From the NCBI GenBank assembly GCA_016840465.1, contig JAEOSH010000033.1, positions 1 through 23,418 on the forward strand: a stretch of 23,418 nt of DNA. The letters run 5' to 3'. Shown here piece after piece: positions 16,074 to 23,418 of the stretch (its first letter is position 1; each line of letters opens with the position of its first letter). Source of the DNA: Candidatus Baldrarchaeum yapensis. GTDB lineage: Archaea > Asgardarchaeota > Baldrarchaeia > Baldrarchaeales > Baldrarchaeaceae. A model generated the notes under the pieces. That model worked only from the letters and a program-made list of their open reading frames with translations, was not told the DNA's origin and ran no database searches. The translations under genes and the position numbers were made by a program.

Positions 16074-18454
16074 GGCTAACCTTCATAATCGGTTATGGCG
16101 GCTTCACCATAGGTGTGCTTTCCAAGCTGTTGGCCGAGAAGGCGAGAGATTTCGGATTCGAATACATTGTTGTAAGCGATAAGGTCTGCTCGGAGCATGT
16201 TGATTTTATAAGGCGTTCGGACGCTGTTTTTATCTACTCTAATGAACTCCCCGAGGACGTGGAGGATGCTATAAAGAAGGGTAATGCGAAACTCGTGATA
16301 GCCCTCTCCGATTCATGTTCTCATCTGACCAAAGCCAGTCCGGTTGTTGTTTCGAAGGCTTGGACTTTTTACAAGACCGGTGGCGAGGAGAATCTCAGAG
16401 CCCTTATACATCTCATATTGAGAGAGGTGGGCCTGTCTGTCGAGGTGCCAGAGTTAAAAGAGGTGCCATGGCACGGTATACTCCATCCCGATTTGGGGTT
16501 CTTCAACTCAACTCGAGAATACCTAAAAGCTTACCCATATGCTGATAGACCGCTGGTTGGCCTCCTGTTTTATAGAAATCAGGCCATATATGGTCAGTTA
16601 GGCTACATAAGAGCGTTGGTAATGGCCCTTGAGGGGGAGGGGCTGGGCGTCGTACCCGTTTTCACATACGGCTTCAAAGATGCTCTCCTTAACACTCCCA
16701 CCGCTGAGGATACCATAAGGGAGTTTTTCCTTATCGATGGAAAATCCGTGGTGGATATTGTTATAAACCTGACCTCTTTCTTCCTCCTCGACCACGGTCG
16801 TCGGGTCAAGAACTCCTCGGAGCGGTTTAAGGTAGCATCCGGCGTTCAGTTACTCAAGAAACTCGGTGTGCCAATAATAAGCGCCGTGGTTTCATTCCAC
16901 CAAAGCGTAGAAGAATGGCTCAGAGACGAAAGAGGCGTGGACTATCTGACTCAGGTTTATCGGATCATAATGCCCGAGGTGGACGGTCTAATAGAGCCTA
17001 TATTCGTGGCCGGCTCGAAAGTAAGTCCGGATGGCGTCAGGGTTTACGAGGCTTTTGAGGAGCATGCAAAATATTTGGCTCGCAGAATTAAAAGGTGGAT
17101 AAAACTCAGGCGCAAGAGGCCGGAAGAACGTAGAATTGCTATAATTCTCATAAACCCGCCGTGTAAGGGTCTCGAGGCAAGTTTGGCTGTTGGTCTCGGA
17201 CTAGACGTACCGGAAAGTGTGACAAGACTGCTACACAGGTTAAAAGAGTTGGGTTATAACGTGGGCGACCGCCTACCGAAGGATGGAAAAGAGTTCGTGA
17301 GGATGTTCATGGAAAGAAAGGCCATCAGTGAGTTTAGATGGACCTCTGTGGACGACATCGTTAGAAGCGGTGGCGCTGTTGCCTTTGTTGACGCTGACAC
17401 TTACATGCGTTGGTTTGAGGAACTTCCGTCAAATGTTAAGGAGAAAATGATTGCTGATTGGGGGCACCCACTTGATGTTTTGAGCGGAAGGGTGTCAAGG
17501 GAGCTTGTGGGCATGGTTTATGGCGGGAAGTTCGTTATACCCGGTATTCTCTTTGGTAATGTGTTCATAACCCCGCAACCCAAATACGGATGCGCGGGGC
17601 CAGTGTGTGATGGACGAGTATGCCGGATACTTCATGACCCCTCCATTGCGCCACCTCATCAGTGGTTAGCTGTTTATCGCTGGATAACACGTGTCTTCAA
17701 GGCCGATCTCGTGATACACTTCGGCACGCATGGCGCGTTGGAGTTCAGACCCGGAAAGGGCGTTGGCCTATCGCCATCCTGCTGGCCCGAAATAAGTATT
17801 GATGACGTTCCCCACCTCTACGTCTATGTGGTTTCAAACCCGATGGAGGGCGTTATAGCTAAACGGAGAAGCTATGCTGTCCTTGTAGATCACATGTACC
17901 CGCCAATGTGCAAGGCAGATGCACTGGATGAAATTGATACTCTCCTGAACCAGTATACTCATGCTAAGCAGTTAGGCGAGACGACAAGAGCCCAGGTTAT
18001 CTACGAGAAACTCTTGAAGGTGGCTAGAGAGAATAACATACCGCTGACGGAAGATGAACCGGATAAGACTGTGGAGGAAATTCACAGGTATGTGAGCGCT
18101 GTAAGGAATACGCAGATAGAGGCCGGCCTTCACGTCTTCGGACACCCACCTGAAGATCCAGATGTATTGGCGGAGCACGTAGCCACCATCATGGCCTTTG
18201 ACTCATATAACTGTCCATCCATAAGGCGCGTCTTAGCCGAGGTGCTAGGCCTCAACTACGATGACCTTAGGAGGAATTCAGATAGGTTGAACCAGTTAGG
18301 ACTCACGAATGGAGAGACTCTCGATCTGCTCCACAGGTTAGCCGTCCGTATGATAAAACGTCTTCTCGTCACCGATATAAATCCCCAGCGGCTCACATCA
18401 GATGTTATTCTTAAAATCCTAAAGGAGGAGTTGGAGGAGGTGCTTAAGTGTTAA
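16070..18454 (+). CDS. cobN: CobN/ChlH-family metal chelatase large subunit, N-terminal part
   Basis: GLGLDVPES, HFGTHGALEFRPGKG, EGVIAKRR, DHMYPP and GLHVFG are CobN/ChlH motifs. The protein ends before the PGPSG...LPTGRN block. Confidence 0.9.
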   Translation: MRLTFIIGYGGFTIGVLSKLLAEKARDFGFEYIVVSDKVCSEHVDFIRRSDAVFIYSNELPEDVEDAIKKGNAKLVIALSDSCSHLTKASPVVVSKAWTFYKTGGEENLRALIHLILREVGLSVEVPELKEVPWHGILHPDLGFFNSTREYLKAYPYADRPLVGLLFYRNQAIYGQLGYIRALVMALEGEGLGVVPVFTYGFKDALLNTPTAEDTIREFFLIDGKSVVDIVINLTSFFLLDHGRRVKNSSERFKVASGVQLLKKLGVPIISAVVSFHQSVEEWLRDERGVDYLTQVYRIIMPEVDGLIEPIFVAGSKVSPDGVRVYEAFEEHAKYLARRIKRWIKLRRKRPEERRIAIILINPPCKGLEASLAVGLGLDVPESVTRLLHRLKELGYNVGDRLPKDGKEFVRMFMERKAISEFRWTSVDDIVRSGGAVAFVDADTYMRWFEELPSNVKEKMIADWGHPLDVLSGRVSRELVGMVYGGKFVIPGILFGNVFITPQPKYGCAGPVCDGRVCRILHDPSIAPPHQWLAVYRWITRVFKADLVIHFGTHGALEFRPGKGVGLSPSCWPEISIDDVPHLYVYVVSNPMEGVIAKRRSYAVLVDHMYPPMCKADALDEIDTLLNQYTHAKQLGETTRAQVIYEKLLKVARENNIPLTEDEPDKTVEEIHRYVSAVRNTQIEAGLHVFGHPPEDPDVLAEHVATIMAFDSYNCPSIRRVLAEVLGLNYDDLRRNSDRLNQLGLTNGETLDLLHRLAVRMIKRLLVTDINPQRLTSDVILKILKEELEEVLKC

Positions 18455-19959
18455 GGACTTCGTTAAAACCGAGAGTTGAGAAGGTCGACGAGTTAGTAAA
18501 AGTTTTTAAAGTTGCGCTTGAGGTAGCTAAGCGGGTTAAGGATTGCAAATGCGAATTAGATGGGCTTTTGGCAGGTTTTAACGGCGCTTATATAGAGCCT
18601 GGGCCTTCCGGGGCGCTTACTAGGGGGAAAATAGATGTACTTCCCACAGGCAGGAACTTTTACGCTGTGAACCCGATGGCGATACCTACACCGGCTGCGT
18701 GGAAAGTAGGGATTGAAACGGCAGAGAAACTTATTAGGCACTATCTTGAGCGACATGGTCGGTACCCGGAGACCGTAGGTCAGGTTCTCTGGAGCATAGA
18801 TGGTTATAAGGCGGATGGGGAGCAGCTCGCTCAGATCCTTTACCTGTTTGGCACGAGACCTGTCTGGGCGTCCGATGGGTCCGTAAGAGGGATAGAGGTA
18901 ATTCCGCTTAAGGAGTTAGGGAGACCTAGAATAGATGTTGTGGTGAGGATAAGCGGTATCCTGAGAGATACTCTCCCTAATTACATCTATCTCATAGATG
19001 ATGCCGTCTCTAAAGTTGTCGCGTTAGATGAGCCACCTGAGATGAATTTTGTGAGAAAACACTACTTAGAACGTCTTGAGGAGCTTAAAAAACTTGGTGT
19101 GGGGCGCGAGGAGGAGGCCAGATGCAGGGTTTGGTGCAGTCCTCCGGGCACCTATGGGACGGGCGTGAACTACGCTGTTGAGGCATCAGCTTGGCGTTCA
19201 GGGGAAGATCTTGCCAAAGTATGGGTTCAGTGGAGTTGCTACATGTACACTCGTAACTCCTTTGGCAAGCCGAGCCCGGAAGCCCTCATAATGAGTTTAA
19301 AGACTGTTGATCTGGTCACAAGAAACCACATTAGTGATGAACATGATCCTTTCAACTGTTGTTGTTACTTCGCCTATCATGGTGGATTTTATAACACTGT
19401 CAAAAATCTGACGGGCAGAGAGGTAGAGGTAGTGGTAGTAGACACCAGAGACGTGAGTTTCACTGATGTGCGGACGATAAAGAACGAAATTGAAAGAATT
19501 GTTAGAGCTAAGCTCTTAAATCCAGCATGGATTGAGCGCATGAAAAGACATGGGTACCGCGGCGCTAGCGAATTTTCGAGGAAAATACTCCACCTGTATG
19601 GCTGGTCCGCCACGACTAATATGGTGGCTGACTGGGTATTTGACGAGATAGCTAAAACTTACGTCCTTGACGATGAGATGCGCCAGTGGTTTGAGCAGAA
19701 TAACATCTGGGCCCTAGAAGAGATAGCCAGGCGGCTTATAGAGGCGGCCGAGAGGGGATTATGGAAAACCTCAGCAGAGTTGCTTAAGAGGCTTAAAGAG
19801 GCTTATGCCGAAATAGAGGGCGTATTAGAGGAGACTATGGTGGGAGTGGGCGAGAGCGAAATCCAGGGTGGTACCATCAGGCTAATTTCGCCTGATGAGG
19901 TGGAAGTATGGAAGAAAAAGCTATCTGAGGTGGAAAGAGCGTGGAAGAGAGTAAAATAA
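18448..19959 (+). CDS. cobN: CobN/ChlH-family metal chelatase large subunit, C-terminal part
   Basis: [45 protein letters not shown] and [19 protein letters not shown] start with GGAGGTG 5 nt upstream; overlaps the N-part stop by 7 nt. Confidence 0.88.
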   Translation: MLRTSLKPRVEKVDELVKVFKVALEVAKRVKDCKCELDGLLAGFNGAYIEPGPSGALTRGKIDVLPTGRNFYAVNPMAIPTPAAWKVGIETAEKLIRHYLERHGRYPETVGQVLWSIDGYKADGEQLAQILYLFGTRPVWASDGSVRGIEVIPLKELGRPRIDVVVRISGILRDTLPNYIYLIDDAVSKVVALDEPPEMNFVRKHYLERLEELKKLGVGREEEARCRVWCSPPGTYGTGVNYAVEASAWRSGEDLAKVWVQWSCYMYTRNSFGKPSPEALIMSLKTVDLVTRNHISDEHDPFNCCCYFAYHGGFYNTVKNLTGREVEVVVVDTRDVSFTDVRTIKNEIERIVRAKLLNPAWIERMKRHGYRGASEFSRKILHLYGWSATTNMVADWVFDEIAKTYVLDDEMRQWFEQNNIWALEEIARRLIEAAERGLWKTSAELLKRLKEAYAEIEGVLEETMVGVGESEIQGGTIRLISPDEVEVWKKKLSEVERAWKRVK

Positions 19960-21911
19960 GCCAGGTTATGGAACGTAAGTTAATATTTCCCTTTACGGCT
20001 ATAGTGGGACAGGAGAAGGCGAAGCTGGCACTTCTTTGTTGTGCCGTTGATCCGACCATAGGGGGCGTCCTTCTTAGCGGAGAGAAGGGAACGGGCAAGT
20101 CAACTCTCGTGAGAGCCCTCTCGCAGGTATTACCCGAGATAGATGTCGTGAAGGGGTGTCCGTTTAACTGTAACCCGTACAATCCGCTAGAGATGTGTGA
20201 TAACTGCTATTATAGATTGCATTCTGGTGATAAATTGGAAGTTGTCAAGAGAAGAATGAGAGTTGTCGACCTACCGCTCAGCATTACCGTCGATAGGTTA
20301 GTAGGGACGCTTGACATCCGCAGAGTGCTTAAGGAAGGTATTAAGGCGCTTCAGCCGGGCCTACTAGCGGAGGCTAATAGGAACATACTTTACATAGACG
20401 AGGTCAATCTGCTTGACGATTACGTGGCTGATGTGCTCCTAGATGCCGCGGCGATGGGATGGAACATCATCGAGCGTGAGGGCATCTCGTTTAGGCACCC
20501 GGCACGCTTCATTCTGGTGGGCAGCATGAACCCCGAGGAGGGCGAACTCAGGCCGCAATTGCTGGATAGATTTGGTCTCTTTGTTAAGATAGAGCCCGTA
20601 AAGGATCTGGATGCAAGGGCAGAAATCGTGCGACGTGTTGAGGAATTTTATGCAGACCCTATTTCCTTTTATCGGCGATACGAGGATCGGGAGAGGGCTC
20701 TTAGGGATTCCATCATAAGGGCCAGAGAAATTCTCCGAGAGGTCGTTTTGGAGGATGATCTACTCAAACTACTGATAGAGACAATCATAAAGATGGGAAT
20801 AGGAACCCACAGAGCAGAAATAGTAACGGTAAAAACGGCTAAAGCCATAGCGGCTCTAAACGGTCGGAAAAAGGTGACGCTTGAGGATCTAGAGAAAGCC
20901 ATGGAACTCGCGCTTCCACATCGTTTAAAATCTAAGCCCTTCCAGCCACTTCCAAGGTCTTCTGAGATTCCGAGACCGTCTCCACCGAAACACGAGCATA
21001 AACATCATGACCATGGAGAAAATGCACATTCGGGGAGTCAGGCTTCACAGAAGCCAGAAAAGGGTCAGAATTCTCAAGGCAACTTCAATAATTGGTCGGT
21101 AGGCAATAGGGATCTTGTGTTCAGGGCCACTGACGTGGACGTGGATACGAGTTCTCTTGCACCCATAATAGGCGGTGGTGGATTTCCAAAAGGAAGAGGT
21201 TCAAGGGCTCATAGGCTTACAGTTATAGGCCATCCACACGGTTATCCGATTTCTTATACCCTCCCCAGAAAGCCCGATGAGTTGCACGATATCGACCTAG
21301 TAGCGAGCATAAACGCTGCTGCCATGCGCCTAAGGAGGCTTCCACTCGTTGTGGATGAAGAAGATATAAGGGTGAGGGTGAGAAAGTGCAGAGCACCGAG
21401 GCTTATAGCCATAGTTCTTGATTCAAGCGGCAGCATGGGCATATTAAAACGAATGAGCATCGCTAAGGGGATAGCCCAGAGACTTATCGAGGAATCTTAT
21501 GTGAGGCGTGACTTCATAACTCTTATTACCTTCAGGGGTCAGCAGGCCGAACTGACGGTCCCACCCACGAAGAGGTACGAGGATGTACTAAGGGCTTTGG
21601 ATGAATTGCCCACCGGGGGTCGTACCCCTTTACCAGCAGCGCTTCAGTCACTGTTAACGGTGGCGAGAATTTTCAGAATGAAGCATAGAGATGCGGCCGT
21701 AAAGGCTATTCTCATTACTGATGGCAAGGCCAATGTGCCACTTAATAGAAGTGTAGAGGAGGACATACGCGCCTTGGTCGGAGCTTTAACGAGAAACAAT
21801 ATAAAGCTCGAAATCTATGATACGAGGCCGCCATCGGACTTTGAACTGGCGCCATCCTACATAAACCTCATAGCCGAGCTTAGTGGGGCCAGCGTCCATC
21901 GTTACAATTAG
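19941..21911 (+). CDS. chlD: ChlD/BchD-type chelatase subunit: AAA+ (ChlI-like) domain, Pro/His-rich linker, vWA domain
   Basis: GEKGTGKS (Walker A), LYIDEVNLL (Walker B), [17 protein letters not shown]; vWA MIDAS DSSGS, TGGRTPL and ITDG. Alternative start ATG 19968. Confidence 0.9.
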   Translation: MEESKISQVMERKLIFPFTAIVGQEKAKLALLCCAVDPTIGGVLLSGEKGTGKSTLVRALSQVLPEIDVVKGCPFNCNPYNPLEMCDNCYYRLHSGDKLEVVKRRMRVVDLPLSITVDRLVGTLDIRRVLKEGIKALQPGLLAEANRNILYIDEVNLLDDYVADVLLDAAAMGWNIIEREGISFRHPARFILVGSMNPEEGELRPQLLDRFGLFVKIEPVKDLDARAEIVRRVEEFYADPISFYRRYEDRERALRDSIIRAREILREVVLEDDLLKLLIETIIKMGIGTHRAEIVTVKTAKAIAALNGRKKVTLEDLEKAMELALPHRLKSKPFQPLPRSSEIPRPSPPKHEHKHHDHGENAHSGSQASQKPEKGQNSQGNFNNWSVGNRDLVFRATDVDVDTSSLAPIIGGGGFPKGRGSRAHRLTVIGHPHGYPISYTLPRKPDELHDIDLVASINAAAMRLRRLPLVVDEEDIRVRVRKCRAPRLIAIVLDSSGSMGILKRMSIAKGIAQRLIEESYVRRDFITLITFRGQQAELTVPPTKRYEDVLRALDELPTGGRTPLPAALQSLLTVARIFRMKHRDAAVKAILITDGKANVPLNRSVEEDIRALVGALTRNNIKLEIYDTRPPSDFELAPSYINLIAELSGASVHRYN

Positions 21912-21926
21912 GTCGAGGGAGTTTCT

Positions 21927-22883
21927 TTGGACGTTACGATCCTTCTTACGGGCTACGCCTATGCGGCCCTTATCATGGCGGTTTCATGTTTCTTTGGAGT
22001 TTTAATAGCCACTTTCTTAATGGAGGCAGAAGTGGCGGATAAAATCGGACGCGTCCTTATACCCCTGATAAGAGCGTCTCACCTGCCCGAGGAACTTTCG
22101 CTACCGGCAATTATGAGTCTGCTTGACAACAAGACTGCGCATTTGGTGGTGTCCTCTCTCAGGAAGGAGGAGAAAATCGGTGACTCTGTGGTCATAACAT
22201 ATAACTTGGTGACGAGGCCATTCACCACCGTTTCTATGCTAATTCGAACATCGTTGCCTGTGGCATTGGCGGCCCTAGGCCTATATGTGGGGCTATTCTA
22301 CGTAAGTCTGGTGATCGCCGCGGCGTTCATGTGCATGGTAGCGGGCACCATTTACGGACGCATTAAGCTAAAGCTTGTATCATCACTCCAGTTTAAAATA
22401 CCGATAAGCACTATCGATAAGCCCTCAAGAAGGGGGGCGTTTAGAGCTGCATTCAAAAAAGCCACAGCCATGGTGAGATTTGTCATGAAGAGATACCTTC
22501 TAGTGCTGGCCTTCATGATCTTCCTCACGTTAATCGGGTTTTTCGATTGGCTTGGTAGCATGATCGGCGCCTACACGAGAATGCTCGGGTTCTCTCCCGA
22601 GTTTGCCCTCCTACTTTCGGTTCGCTCGGTGGCGCCTACGGTAGGAATACTGATGGCCGGAGAAATGCTGAGAGTCGGTATGATAAGCGTGAGGGAGGCG
22701 CTTCTCGCCCTCATAATCGGAAGACTCATATTCCTGATAATCTTCGACTACCCGCGGCACGCTTTCCCCTTCTACTCCTCCATATATCCGTTAAAGTTGG
22801 CGGCCAAACTGGTCCTGATAGGCATTGTAGTTAACGCACTGGCCACTCCGATACTGGTAATCATCATTCTCCTCCTTACATGA
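21927..22883 (+). CDS. Polytopic membrane protein, nucleoside-recognition (Gate) domain-like
   Basis: 318 aa in two hydrophobic halves joined by a basic loop; 15 nt after chlD and co-oriented, so probably the last operon gene. Family call is tentative. Confidence 0.7.
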   Translation: MDVTILLTGYAYAALIMAVSCFFGVLIATFLMEAEVADKIGRVLIPLIRASHLPEELSLPAIMSLLDNKTAHLVVSSLRKEEKIGDSVVITYNLVTRPFTTVSMLIRTSLPVALAALGLYVGLFYVSLVIAAAFMCMVAGTIYGRIKLKLVSSLQFKIPISTIDKPSRRGAFRAAFKKATAMVRFVMKRYLLVLAFMIFLTLIGFFDWLGSMIGAYTRMLGFSPEFALLLSVRSVAPTVGILMAGEMLRVGMISVREALLALIIGRLIFLIIFDYPRHAFPFYSSIYPLKLAAKLVLIGIVVNALATPILVIIILLLT

Positions 22884-22979
22884 TAATTTTTGCAACTAAC
22901 TTTTAACAACCATACACTTGCATATAAGCCTCATATATAGCTTCAATCATCACCACTTTTGGAATCTTTTGAAATTATG

Positions 22980-23368
22980 TCATTTTTGTTCGATCTCACT
23001 TGCAAGAGAGAGTATCCTTCTCCTCTCATCTTCGCTCAGAGATGCCATATAGCCGGGCCCTATAATGTTCGGTACAATTCCGGCAAAACTCATAATATCG
23101 AAAGTCAACAGGTTTGAAATTTCAAGAGTCCTCATTGTTGCCACAGTTACGGCATCGGTATAACTGAATCCCTTCCTTTTGATGTTCTCCTTAAAAATGT
23201 CAAAAGCCTCCTTCTCAATGTTTTCATCCGCACAGATGATGTGCAAAATCCTGGACTCTATGAAGGGGTTCAGCGGTATCCGGCGACATTCTGTATTTAA
23301 GGATAGTCAGCACCTCATCGACAATATGGTTAGTTACTATTGGCCACCCCTACTTACCCTCGGTTACG
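22980..23368 (-). pseudogene. vapC: Disrupted VapC/PIN-domain gene lacking its N-terminus
   Basis: EGK*GWPIVTNHIVDEVLTILKYR with TAG at 23350-23352, a one-base shift at about 23265-23270, then FIESRILHII...GFSYTDAVTVATMRTLEISNLLTFD. The N-terminal DT motif is replaced by the repeat copy. Confidence 0.78.
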
Positions 23369-23418
23369 TGGACCATTCACTAGGATGAATATTGCCGATA
23401 CTTTCAACCATCATGGAA
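23369..23418 (-). repeat. Right copy of the inverted repeat (partner at 65-114), truncated by the window end
   Basis: Its reverse complement matches 65-114 at 49/50 nt. Confidence 0.95.

Noticed and set aside
587-22561. Numerous 60-150 aa ORFs antisense to or overlapping the MFS, HDAC, thiolase, GRE, ABC, cobN, chlD and Gate genes
   Set aside because: They are fully nested in well-supported genes and have no independent SD or domain signal.

Overview
Archaeal chromosomal segment. Evidence for the domain: GGTG(A)-type Shine-Dalgarno motifs, BRE/TATA promoters, a box C/D sRNA, a thiolase-DUF35 pair and an Archaeoglobus PFL2-type glycyl radical enzyme. The gene content is suggestive of Bathyarchaeia or a related TACK lineage (inference). 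The left half holds an MFS transporter, an HDAC-family deacetylase, a minus-strand run (TIM-barrel protein, SplB-like radical SAM, small protein, nucleotidyltransferase), a patch of decayed genes, a CdrS-like RHH regulator, a box C/D sRNA, a small membrane protein, thiolase plus DUF35, a PFL2-type glycyl radical enzyme with no activase in the window, and an abrB-vapC pair. The right half is a tightly coupled 9.7-kb operon: FecCD/BtuCD-type ABC importer, a CobN/ChlH-type chelatase split in two genes with unusual Cys clusters, a single ChlD (AAA+ / His-rich linker / vWA) and a Gate-type membrane protein, with no other corrin or porphyrin synthesis genes. The best leads are: (1) this import-plus-chelatase operon as a possible tetrapyrrole salvage or metal-exchange system; (2) a T_TTA_AAA heptamer with an immediate -1-frame stop exactly at the end of the ChlD AAA+ domain, which could yield the missing ChlI subunit; (3) a 49/50-bp inverted repeat at both window ends, each copy abutting a broken gene; (4) an unannotated C/D guide RNA; (5) four TTCSSGAA palindromes in the operon promoter region. 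Family assignments come from motif recognition and memory only; no searches were run.
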